In this document: in pieces, positions 11,079 through 19,694 of the stretch | How positions within the stretch are numbered: position 1 is the stretch's first letter | Layout: the number at the start of each line of letters is the position of its first letter | NCBI GenBank assembly: GCA_963774265.1 | Contig: CAVZDU010000006.1 | Coordinates: 64,001-128,000 of the forward strand | Source: an uncultured Chloroflexia bacterium | GTDB taxonomy: Bacteria; Chloroflexota; Anaerolineae; CG2-30-64-16 | Direction: 5' to 3' | Length of the DNA stretch: 64,000 nt | The notes under the pieces: generated by a model | Told to the model about the DNA's origin: nothing | Databases searched by the model: none | Seen by the model: the letters and a program-made list of their open reading frames with translations, nothing else | Position numbers and translations under genes: made by a program

Positions 11079-12488
11079 TCAGACCAAAGAGAAGGCCCCC
11101 ACCAACGTGCAGCGCCGTCGACGCGTGAAGACGCGCGCGGTCGTCAGGCCCTCGCCGCTGGCGCCGGCGATGGTGAAGCTGGTGGGACCTTCGCCGCCGT
11201 AGCCGATGCCGGCGTAGTGTGGCGCGTTCTTGACGAAAATGGTCGTGTTGATCGCCTTGCCGAAGTCGCTCATGTGATGGATGTTGGCCGAGTGGATGCC
11301 GGCGGTGTGGTGCAGGCCGCCCTCGACCTCGACGGCGATATCCACGGCTTCCTCGAAGCTGGCAGCCCGTACAACCGGCAGGATCGGCATCATCATCTCG
11401 TGGGTGACAAATGGATGATTCGCCGGGGTCTCCACAACGATGGAGCGCAGGTTGTCGTCGGCCGAGATGCCGAGCTGGCGCAGGATCACGTTAGCATTTT
11501 TGCCGACGTAGTCCTTGTTCGGTCTCTGGTGCTCGCCGTGCAGCAGCAGGCTCTCCAGCCGGGCCAGGTTCTCCGGGGGCAGCACCAGGGCATTGGCCGA
11601 CGGGAAGCAGCGCAGCAGCGCATCGGCCATCCATTCCACGACGATGCATTCTTTCTCGGCCACGCAGGGCAGGTTATTGTCAAAAGAGTTGCCCGAGACG
11701 ACTTCGGCCGCCGCCTTTTCGGGATTCGCTGTCTCGTCAACGATGACGGGTGGATTGCCGGCGGCCGCGCCGATGGCGCGCTTGCCGCTGGACATGGCCA
11801 ACCGTACGATCTCCTTGCCGCCGGTGGCGCTGATCAGCGCGATCTTCGGGTGCGTCATGAGCTCGCGCACCAGCTCGAGGCTGCCCCCATCCACGGCGAC
11901 CATCAGGTGCGGCGGCCCGCCGGCCTGTTCGATGGCTTCGTTCATCAGGGCGATAGTGGCGAACGACGTATTCTTGCTCGAGGGATGCGGCGCGAAGAAC
12001 ACGGTGTTGCCCACGGCGATCATGCTGATGGCGTTGTTGACGACCGTCGACGTGGGATTCGTCACCGGGAGGATAGCCAGGATCGTGCCGAAGGGGGCAG
12101 GCTCCTCGAGGGTGAGACCGTCGTCACCCACGTACGCCTTGGTAGGCAGGTCTTCCACTCCGGGGGTCTTCTCGGCCGCCAGAACGGTCTTGATCACCTT
12201 GTCGGCCACCCGACCGAGCTTGGTCTCCTCCACCGCCATCTGCGCCAGTTGCTGGCTATTCGCCAGGATCGTCTCGCGCATGCCATGGATGAACGCCTTG
12301 CGCTTGGCGATGCTGATGCGGCTGAAGCGCCGCTGCGACCACTCCACCGCGGCGAGCGCCTCATCGGCCGTCGCGAAGATGCCCTTGGGACCCACAGCCT
12401 GCGGCATCCGGCGGTCATTCATGGTCACAAGAATCCGCCGTACGATCTCGTCAAGCTGGCGTTCGTCCACCTGAACTGTCATCGTCAT
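11079..12488 (-). CDS. pduP: CoA-acylating aldehyde dehydrogenase PduP/EutE with N-terminal encapsulation peptide
   Basis: KTPGVEDL, PVTNPTST, ATGG, GNPPVIVDETA, FDNNLPCVAEK (catalytic Cys), EMMMPILP, GGEG; N-terminal LDEIVRRILVTM. Confidence 0.93.
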   Translation of the reverse strand: MTMTVQVDERQLDEIVRRILVTMNDRRMPQAVGPKGIFATADEALAAVEWSQRRFSRISIAKRKAFIHGMRETILANSQQLAQMAVEETKLGRVADKVIKTVLAAEKTPGVEDLPTKAYVGDDGLTLEEPAPFGTILAILPVTNPTSTVVNNAISMIAVGNTVFFAPHPSSKNTSFATIALMNEAIEQAGGPPHLMVAVDGGSLELVRELMTHPKIALISATGGKEIVRLAMSSGKRAIGAAAGNPPVIVDETANPEKAAAEVVSGNSFDNNLPCVAEKECIVVEWMADALLRCFPSANALVLPPENLARLESLLLHGEHQRPNKDYVGKNANVILRQLGISADDNLRSIVVETPANHPFVTHEMMMPILPVVRAASFEEAVDIAVEVEGGLHHTAGIHSANIHHMSDFGKAINTTIFVKNAPHYAGIGYGGEGPTSFTIAGASGEGLTTARVFTRRRRCTLVGAFSLV

Positions 12489-12505
12489 CCTCCTTCGACC
12501 GCGTG

Positions 12506-13504
12506 TCAGCCGATTGCCGTCAACATGGCCTGCGCCACGGCTGTGTCCTGTTCCACGCTACCCCCGCTGACGCCGACTCCTCCTGCCACCGCGCCGCCCA
12601 GCACGACCGGCAGCCCGCCGCCCACGAGGGTCAGGTTGGGCGTGTTGACGTCGATCCCAAAGAGCGGGGCGCCGGGTTGCGCCAGCTCCGCTAGCTGGCT
12701 CGTCGGCATGCGCACGCTGGCCGCGGTGTACGCCTTGCGAGGGGCGAGCGAAATGCTGACCACCAGGGCGTCGTCCATGCGCCGCTGCTCCAGCAGGTTG
12801 CCGCCGGCATCCACGATGGCCAGGACCATGGGGACACCGATCTCGCGGGCGCGCTTCATGCCCGCCTCGATCATCTTGTCGCACAACGCCAGGGTAAGCG
12901 CCCCGGAGCGCAGCGCCCCTCCCTGATCAGAATTCAGTGCACTCACAACCATCCTCCTGATTTCCCGTTGCTCGTCCACACGAGCCATCATGTACAACAG
13001 GTCCGAGAGCCGGTTCAAGTACTTGATCACCAGCGGGTCGACCGGCGCCAACCGGCTGAGCGCGAGCACTTCACGCTCGCCCCGCCGCACAACCGTCCGC
13101 GCCAGGTGGAGAGCCGCCGAGGCCTGCGAGCCGCCGGGCCGCACGAAGAAGCCGGTTGCCAGCGTCTCGGCCTCGAAGCCATCAATGGTCCGCTCCATCC
13201 GGATCACCTGGGCCTCGCTGATCGGCATGACCGGAGCCTCGACGCCTGGTGGGGTCGCCAGCAGCGTCATCAACTGCATCAGCTCGCCCTGGATCTCAAG
13301 GATCAACGCAAATAAGTCGTCGGAGTGCGTGGTGGCCCGCGCCAGGCCCAGCGCCGAGGTTGCCTCGTCGATGGTGCCGTACGCCGCCCACGCGCGGGCT
13401 ATCTTTGCCCACGACCACCCGGCCCAGGAGCTTCGTCTGGCCCCTATCGCCGAACCGGGTATAGACGTGGCCCGCTTCCCGCGCCCCCCGACCTGAGTCT
13501 TCAC
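12506..13504 (-). CDS. pduO: ATP:cob(I)alamin adenosyltransferase PduO with C-terminal GlcG/heme-binding domain; two compensating frameshifts near the N-terminus
   Basis: VYTRFGDRGQTKL in the alternate frame, then AYGTIDE, LHLARTVVRRGER, YLNRLSDLL; C-domain IVDAGG..RMDDA..KAYTA..GGVGVSGG. Confidence 0.9.
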   Translation of the reverse strand: MKTQVGGRGKRATSIPGSAIGARRSSWAGWSWAKIARAWAAYGTIDEATSALGLARATTHSDDLFALILEIQGELMQLMTLLATPPGVEAPVMPISEAQVIRMERTIDGFEAETLATGFFVRPGGSQASAALHLARTVVRRGEREVLALSRLAPVDPLVIKYLNRLSDLLYMMARVDEQREIRRMVVSALNSDQGGALRSGALTLALCDKMIEAGMKRAREIGVPMVLAIVDAGGNLLEQRRMDDALVVSISLAPRKAYTAASVRMPTSQLAELAQPGAPLFGIDVNTPNLTLVGGGLPVVLGGAVAGGVGVSGGSVEQDTAVAQAMLTAIG

Positions 13505-13776
13505 CCTGCCAAATCCACCGTATCGATAATGCCGACGATGGTTGCGTCGGTCGGCGTCGGCCGGTCCAGCGAGGTGCGCGCGCCGCTGCCTTTCGTAACC
13601 AGCACACGCTCGCCGACGCCGGCGCCCAGGTAGTCGACCGCCACCAGGCGCTCGGCAGCCCTGTCGGCATGTACGGACTCGAGCTCCACAACCAGGAGCT
13701 TGAAGCCCACCAGCGCCTCATCTTTGCGGGTGGAGACCACTGTCCCGATTACTTTTGCCACTTCCATGGTCGGCAT
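13501..13776 (-). CDS. pduN: BMC-P vertex protein PduN/EutN
   Basis: AKVIGTVVSTRK, VAVDYLGAGVGERVLV..GSGAR, DATIVGIID. Confidence 0.93.
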   Translation of the reverse strand: MPTMEVAKVIGTVVSTRKDEALVGFKLLVVELESVHADRAAERLVAVDYLGAGVGERVLVTKGSGARTSLDRPTPTDATIVGIIDTVDLAG

Positions 13777-13805
13777 CCTTCTTTATCCAGGGGCAGGGAT
13801 CGCCC

Positions 13806-14576
13806 CTACTCGTACACTACGTCCAATTGGAGCCGGCCGGCGCTCTCCTGCGCGAGGGGCGTTAGCCGGCTACCCTTAGGGATACGCAACAGACTTCCCT
13901 CCGCCAGATGTGCGATATCGGCCTGCGTAATCACGGCCGCCGTCACCTGGACCGTGGGAGCCAGTGACGGCCGCGAAGTCTGGACAGGTGCGGCGTTGGT
14001 CAACCGCTGCTGAACGGTCACGAGGAATTCCTCGCTATGCACCAGTAGCATACCATATGCTTCCAGCGCCTTAAGATTAGCGCTCAAGCGGGCGCGCAGC
14101 GCGGCCGCTGCGGTCCCCGCGCCCCAGACCCTGCCACCTGCCCCTTCGGGGTCGGCTCCATCGCGTATCGCGATGACGGGCTTGCCCGCCAGCAATGCGC
14201 CGAGGGCCAGGGTCGAGATCAAGCTATCGAACGCGCCCGCCGCCATGGCGGTGGCCTGGTTCATCGACAAAGTAGGCACCAGGACCAGGTCGGCCGCACG
14301 CACCAGGGCGGGAGAGTCCACCCACTTACCGGGAGAGATCACCTCAGAGGCGCCCTGCTGCTTGACCTTGGCTTCGCCGATCATCAGCGCGGCGGCCTGC
14401 GTGAGCACGGCGGTCACGCCATGGCCAGCCTGGCTCAGCATGGCCACGGCCTCCAGTCCCTCGTGCTGCCCGGCAGATGCGCCGGAGAACAGCACCAGCA
14501 CTTGCTTGCGCCGGGGCTGGGCCTGCAACGCGGCAAGCACCTGGATCACCAGTTGCACCAATGCTTTCTCATCCAT
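13806..14576 (-). CDS. BMC-associated flavoprotein-family protein in the pduM position
   Basis: N-terminal EP-like MDEKALVQLVIQVLAAL; VTAVLTQAA; ADLVLVPTLSMN..A..A.G..D; ALLAGKPVIA; C-terminal VITQADI...LTPLAQE. Confidence 0.7.
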   Translation of the reverse strand: MDEKALVQLVIQVLAALQAQPRRKQVLVLFSGASAGQHEGLEAVAMLSQAGHGVTAVLTQAAALMIGEAKVKQQGASEVISPGKWVDSPALVRAADLVLVPTLSMNQATAMAAGAFDSLISTLALGALLAGKPVIAIRDGADPEGAGGRVWGAGTAAAALRARLSANLKALEAYGMLLVHSEEFLVTVQQRLTNAAPVQTSRPSLAPTVQVTAAVITQADIAHLAEGSLLRIPKGSRLTPLAQESAGRLQLDVVYE

Positions 14577-14601
14577 CGCGCCTCTCCATGCAGCCTTCAA
14601 C

Positions 14602-14713
14602 CGTACGGGCGGTCCTATCGTACGGGCGGTCCTATCGTACGGGCGGCCCTATCGTACGGGCGGCCCTATCGTACGGGCGGCCCTATCGTACGGGCGGTCC
14701 TATGTGACCGCCC
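14602..14713. repeat. Six tandem 17-bp units CGTACGGGCGG(T/C)CCTAT ending in a REP-like hairpin
   Basis: Units start at 14602, 14619, 14636, 14653, 14670 and 14687. The last completes GTAC-GGGCGGTC-ctatgt-GACCGCCC (14688-14713). Confidence 0.9.
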
Positions 14714-14762
14714 CGCCCTGCAACCCCTGAGCCCGCGCCCGGCGGGCTTCAAGTTTCTTTCT

Positions 14763-15479
14763 TCAAGGCACCACCAGTCGGAGCATATCGCCGTTTTTCA
14801 GTCCGGCGGCGTTCGACTCGTCGGTGTCGAGATGAATTTCGGCCCGCCAGCCTTCGCGGATGCGGATCAGCACGCCGCGGTAGGTGGTGGGACGGGCGCC
14901 GTCGATGACGGCGTCCACCAGGTCCCCTTCCTGCAGTCCCAGCGAGGCCGCTTCGGCCGGGTTCATGTGCGCATGGCGCCGGGCGATATAAGCGCCGCCG
15001 CCCTTGCCGCCGGGCAGAACGACCTGGCCCTTGGGCCCCACCAGAAGAATCTGCTGGCTGACCGGGTCGGCGCCGCTCTCGGCGACGCCTAGCTTGAGCC
15101 CCAGGCTGAGGGCGTCGGTTTGGGACAGCTCGACCTGTGAGATCGGGCGCAGCGGAATGAGAACGGCCACACCCTCGAGGCAGCGACGCTTGCCGACCAC
15201 CAGGACGCGCTCCTGGGTCGCGAAGTAGCCGGGCTGGTATAGCTCCTTGAACGTCTTCATCTCGTAGCCCTCGCCGAACAAGATGTCGACGTGCTCGCGG
15301 CACAGGTGCATGTGGCGGTTCGACACACCCAACGGCACCATCATCTCGCGCTTATCGCCGTTCACGGGGGCAACCGCGGGAGGTGCGCCAACCATCATGC
15401 GGCCCAAGACTTCGCGGACGATCGCCTCCAGGCCGGGCTGCGCCGTGGTAGCCTCTGACGATTTAACCATCGTAACCAT
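14763..15479 (-). CDS. pduL: Phosphate propanoyltransferase PduL with N-terminal encapsulation peptide
   Basis: GVSNRHMHL, LYQPGYFA, SQVELSQTDA, IARRHAHM, EIHLDTDESNAAG; N-terminal LEAIVREVLGRM. Confidence 0.93.
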   Translation of the reverse strand: MVTMVKSSEATTAQPGLEAIVREVLGRMMVGAPPAVAPVNGDKREMMVPLGVSNRHMHLCREHVDILFGEGYEMKTFKELYQPGYFATQERVLVVGKRRCLEGVAVLIPLRPISQVELSQTDALSLGLKLGVAESGADPVSQQILLVGPKGQVVLPGGKGGGAYIARRHAHMNPAEAASLGLQEGDLVDAVIDGARPTTYRGVLIRIREGWRAEIHLDTDESNAAGLKNGDMLRLVVP

Positions 15480-15500
15480 GATCCCTCCGCTGCGGACCGC

Positions 15501-16073
15501 TTAGCGCTTGAAGTGAATGCAGAGCCGGTGAAGCTGGCCCGGCTGACGACGGCACGCCGGGTCATTGCACAGGTTGCAGGTGGCGAGCGTCTCGACCGCC
15601 GGTGGCGCAAGTATCTCGACTGGCGGCGGCGCAGGCGTCTCGACCGGTGGCGGCGCAGGCGTCTTGACCGGCGGCAGCGCCGGCGTCTCGACCGGTGGTG
15701 GCGCCAGTATCTTGACTGGCGGCGGCGCCGGCGTCTCGACCACCGGCGGCGCAGGAGCAGCCTGTTCGATCGTCAAGGGTCTCGCGGGGCCACGATCGAC
15801 CTGGCCTATGATCTGCTCGGTGTTCTCGTGGGGGTGGGGAATGATGTGCCAGGAGAAGATCTTGCCCACGCGGGACGCCGACGCTACGCCGGCCTCCACC
15901 GCAGCCTTGACAGCCCCCACATCACCGCGCAACTTCACAACGATGAGCCCACCGCCCCTGGTCTTCTCGTAGCCGATCAGGATCACATTGGCGGCCTTGA
16001 GCGCCGCGTCGGCTGCCTCAATGGCAACGGGCAGCCCGACCGCCTCGATCAATCCGAGTGCCTGCTGTGTCAT
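15501..16073 (-). CDS. pduK: BMC-H shell protein with Pro-rich linker and C-terminal Cys-rich domain (PduK-like)
   Basis: [24 protein letters not shown]...[10 protein letters not shown]...HIIPHPH; tail CNLCNDPACRRQPGQLHRLCIH. Confidence 0.8.
   Translation of the reverse strand: MTQQALGLIEAVGLPVAIEAADAALKAANVILIGYEKTRGGGLIVVKLRGDVGAVKAAVEAGVASASRVGKIFSWHIIPHPHENTEQIIGQVDRGPARPLTIEQAAPAPPVVETPAPPPVKILAPPPVETPALPPVKTPAPPPVETPAPPPVEILAPPAVETLATCNLCNDPACRRQPGQLHRLCIHFKR
15588..15755 (-). repeat. Seven in-frame 24-bp repeats encoding (P/L)APPPV(E/K)(T/I)-like octapeptides
   Basis: PAPPVVET PAPPPVKI LAPPPVET PALPPVKT PAPPPVET PAPPPVEI LAPPAVET. Confidence 0.9.
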
Positions 16074-16552
16074 GCCAGCCCCCTCCGTTCCAAAACACGG
16101 GCGATAGCCTGTACGAGTGCACCCGACGCCTTGCCGGGCTGAATCGATGCTGGCGGGCCGCCAGGCAGCGGCGCCACTGCCTCCAGGCGCAGCGGCATGC
16201 GCTTCACAAAACGCCCCGCATTGCTGCCCGCCATGCGGCAGACCTCTGTCGGCGTGCCGTCCGATCGCCACTCCCAGACCGGCTGTCCGGCCGGCATGTG
16301 CGCCTCATGCAGCAGCACCTTGTCAGCCCCCACGCCCACGCCCACACCCAGCCTGGAGGCCTGCGCCGCATCGTAAGCAGCAGCGACCAGACCCTGGACG
16401 CCCGCCGGCGCCAGCCGGCAGGGCACCCCTTCTTCCTCGGCGCCGACCTCAACCCACCGGAAAAGGTGGGGGTCGACTCCCGGCGCCAGCACCACATGAA
16501 TCGCCGGGCTCTCGGCGAGCGCCTCACGTTGGTAAACCGGCTCGGCGCTCAT
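16070..16552 (-). CDS. pduH: Diol/glycerol dehydratase reactivase beta subunit
   Basis: GAEEEGVP, AAQASRLGVGVGV, R.AGSNAGRFVKRMPL; directly downstream of pduG. Confidence 0.88.
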   Translation of the reverse strand: MSAEPVYQREALAESPAIHVVLAPGVDPHLFRWVEVGAEEEGVPCRLAPAGVQGLVAAAYDAAQASRLGVGVGVGADKVLLHEAHMPAGQPVWEWRSDGTPTEVCRMAGSNAGRFVKRMPLRLEAVAPLPGGPPASIQPGKASGALVQAIARVLERRGLA

Positions 16553-18387
16553 ACAAGCCCCGCTTTTTTGCGCTCGAAGTAATTGATCACCAGTCCCGTG
16601 GCCACCGCATTCACCGGACCCTCGGTGCCCCGGACATTGGCTGATCCGACCACGACGCCATAACTTCCCAGATGCCGTATCAGCATCTGCGGCAGCTCGA
16701 AATCCAAACCCGAGCCGCCGACGATGACCACGAAATCGATCAGGCGAAGGTTACCGGCGGGCGCAACGGCGCTTAAAGCGCGCAGAGCGTTGCGCAAAAA
16801 GACCTTCTGCTTCGCCTCCTGGCGCACCTGCCGGATCCGCTCCATCGTGTGGTTCCCCGGGATTGGCACCAGGCGCTCACCCTGGATGGTGGCCACACGG
16901 CCGTAGAGGCGCGGGTCCAGCGGCTCGTTGAAAAAGCGGACGGTATTGTCCTCATTGCGAATGTGAAACAGGCTCTCTACCTTGGCCAGCGGGTAGCGCT
17001 TGATCTCCTCAGCGGCTTCAAAATCCCCCAGCCCCAGCTCGCTGTTGATCAGCAGCGTCACCATATTGCCGGCGCCGGCCAGATGCGTGGTGCGCACCGC
17101 CTCGCCCCGGCGCAGCAGCGCCGCATCAGTGGAGCCGGCCCCCAGGTCCAGCACGGCCAGCGGCGCGTCGGCGCCTGGTGTGGTCAGCGCGCCCAGGATC
17201 GCCATGTTGGCTTCCACGCCACCGAGCTCCGTGGGCACATGTATCTCGTCGATCAGCGCCCGGGCCACCCGCTCCATCAGGAGGCGATCGGTATTCACCA
17301 TGGCGGCCAACCCGACGGCGTTCTCCAGGGAGAATTCCTGGGCCACGCCGCCCGTCACTCGCTGCGGCACCTGGCAATCGACCGCCAGCACATCGCGGAA
17401 TCTTGATCTCCTCGACCGGCTTCTCAGTCAGATCGCCCATGGTCTGCCGGATACGACCGATCATGCCGCCGACGTTGGTGCCCGGCTCTCCCGACACATC
17501 GCGCAGCGGTGCGACATGGGCGATGGTGTCCATCACGGCGTCGGCGCCGAGTATCCAGGCTGACCGGTGCGGAGAGCCGCTCCCCCGTCAGCGTCAGCGT
17601 GCCCGCGGGAATGCGCCGGGTGCGGACCTCGCCTGCCGGTGTACGAATCACCACCGCCGAGCGCAGGCCGATCAGCGCCTTGGCGATAGGGATGATCAGT
17701 GTCGTTTCCTGTGGCGACAGGCCAAACAGGCTGGCGATGCCGTAAGGGTTGCTCAGCTGGCGCACAGACTGTCCCTGCGGGGCCACCTCGACGGCGGCCA
17801 TCATGTTAAGGGGCACCCGATCGATGTGCGCCACCTCATCCACGAAGGGCAGCGGCTGTCGCAGCCGGTTGGCGATCAGCACCCCGTCGTCCCCCTGGAC
17901 GATCCCTCCCTGGACGTCGACGCCGGCCTCCAGGGCCCGGCGCAGCATCTGGGAGACGATTTCGAAGTCGTACTCCCTGGGAATGACCACGATGACCCGA
18001 TCGGCGCGTGTGGCCGACACCAGGTCGCGAATGTGGGTCGTGCGGCCAACGCCCAGTCCCAGGCCGCCCGGCGAGACCGGGTTGTGCCCGATCATCGTCG
18101 ACTCGGTGACCAGGGTCTCGGTGATGGTCTCCATGGCGATGTCGCCGATCACCGGCGTCGCCTCATTCAAGAGCACCAAACGAGACGTCTGAAGGGGTGA
18201 GCTCGATTGCCTGGGTGGCCCGGCGCAGGGCATCCACGATGCCCGGGATGTTGCGCACGGTCCCCTTGATACCTGTGGTGGGAACGCTGGCGGATGCCAG
18301 GAACCTCGGCGCGCTGGCGGCTGAGATGTCAGCCAGCGCCACCTCGGTGGTGGCGTTCCCCACGTCGACTCCGGCAATCAAACGCAT
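16549..18387 (-). CDS. pduG: Diol/glycerol dehydratase reactivase alpha subunit; about 3 frameshifts
   Basis: Pieces MRLIAGVDVGNATTEVALA / LNEATPVIGDIAMETITET..ESTMIGHNP / LRDVSGEPGTNVGGM / LAVD..VP..GGVAQEFS.ENAVGLAAMV..DLGAGSTDA..GPVNAVATGL. Confidence 0.9.
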
Positions 18388-18410
18388 GACGTTGAAGCAC
18401 CCCCTCAGCC

Positions 18411-18442
18411 CCATCCTCTCCCCTGATGGGGGGAGAGGATGG
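18411..18442. repeat. Intergenic hairpin CCATCCTCTCCCC-n6-GGGGAGAGGATGG
   Basis: 13-bp perfect stem between the pduE stop and pduG start. Confidence 0.7.
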
Positions 18443-18451
18443 CGTCAGGAC

Positions 18452-18984
18452 TCAGTCTTGGCGCAGGCGGCCGCGGGTCTCGTAGACCTCGCACGCCTCG
18501 CGGACGAATGCAGCGTTGATCTTGGCCCCGTATTTGTTCTCCAGCTCGTCGGCGATGGCCAGCAGCTCGGCCTTGCTCGAGCGGTACGGGCGCAGCGCGT
18601 TGTAGATCTGGAGCACGCGTTCGTCGGAGACACGGGTCAGCTCGGCAGCGCGCCGAAGATTGCGGGCCAGCTGCGGCCGGCTCATCTTCTCAGCGATCTG
18701 CGCCTGCAGCTCCAACGTTTCGGGCGTGATGCGCAGCTCTTCGGCCTTCACCTCGCCCTTCAGGGCCGCTTCCAGGGTGAGCTCGTTGAGATGCTTCCCG
18801 GTCGAGGTCTTGATGAGATCCGGGCCGTTTGGCGGCCATGGGATAGTCGCTGCGCCGGGTCCAGCCCGCCGCCCGGCGTATTGACAGAACCTGCGACAGG
18901 CGCGGGAGCTGGCGGGGTTGCGCCACCGTTCAGCTCGGCCAGCACCTCTCGCACGATTGAGGAGATCAGGTCTTGTTGTGCCAC
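18452..18984 (-). CDS. pduE: Diol dehydratase small subunit with encapsulation peptide; frameshifts near 18830-18850
   Basis: MAQQDLISSIVREVLAEL...DYPMAAKRP...TGKHLNELTLEA..ELRITPETL..RNLRRAAELT..IYNALRPYRSSKAEL. Confidence 0.92.
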
Positions 18985-19010
18985 TCTCTACACCTCCTGG
19001 CGATCGCCGG

Positions 19011-19673
19011 CTACTTGAACGTGACCGAGAGTTCGACCGGCTTGGCGCCCTGCTGGACAAAGCCGGTTTCGCGGATGTGGAACACCGCGGCCTTAGCCTG
19101 GTAGCTGGGGCGCGCCATCTGGTCGCTAGTCTGCGGCACCGGGGACGGAGATTCGCCCTTCGCGTAGAGCGCCGCGTTGCGACCGATCGCCCTGTACATG
19201 GGCAGGTCGATCACGGGCGCCTGTGGGAAGAGCTCCAGGTTCTGCAACGGCTGCAGATCGCGCTGGTGAATGACGGTCGTCCCGCGCGACTGGATGCCGA
19301 TGCCGACCCCGGAGCCGCTCAGCTTGGCCGCGTCATGCGAGATGAACGCCACGTCGGAGGTCCGCAGGACGCGCACCACGCGCGCTTTCATGCCCTGCTC
19401 CTCGATGCCGGCCAGCAGTTCACGCAGCACCGCCGCGTGCGGGATGCCGGTGAGGGTTTGTTTGGATAGTTTATCGCCGAAAGCAGGCGCCAGGCCGATG
19501 ACGACCTCGTTGGGAGACGTGCCCGGCTTTGCTTCGCCGACTTCTGTGAGCACGAGTGCGGCCGACGTATCGATCGCAACTGGCGCCGGCGCGGCAGGGA
19601 TCTGCCCCGTGGCGACCATTTGCTTCACGATCTCACGTACGACCTCTCGCACCATGGTTTCGGTTATTTCCAT
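19011..19673 (-). CDS. pduD: Diol dehydratase medium subunit with encapsulation peptide
   Basis: [19 protein letters not shown]; GEAK.GT..NEVVIG; AGIEEQG; SDVAF; [34 protein letters not shown]. Confidence 0.95.
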   Translation of the reverse strand: MEITETMVREVVREIVKQMVATGQIPAAPAPVAIDTSAALVLTEVGEAKPGTSPNEVVIGLAPAFGDKLSKQTLTGIPHAAVLRELLAGIEEQGMKARVVRVLRTSDVAFISHDAAKLSGSGVGIGIQSRGTTVIHQRDLQPLQNLELFPQAPVIDLPMYRAIGRNAALYAKGESPSPVPQTSDQMARPSYQAKAAVFHIRETGFVQQGAKPVELSVTFK

Positions 19674-19694
19674 AGCCCACTCCCCCCTAACGGA

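Noticed and set aside
9783-12926. 1047-aa plus-strand ORF and other long antisense ORFs (e.g. 4039..5721, 5763..7394, 33099..34457)
   Set aside because: Shadow frames of well-supported minus-strand genes in high-GC DNA, with no recognisable motifs.
14602-14703. Possible CRISPR array
   Set aside because: Units are contiguous 17-mers with no unique spacers, and no cas genes are present.
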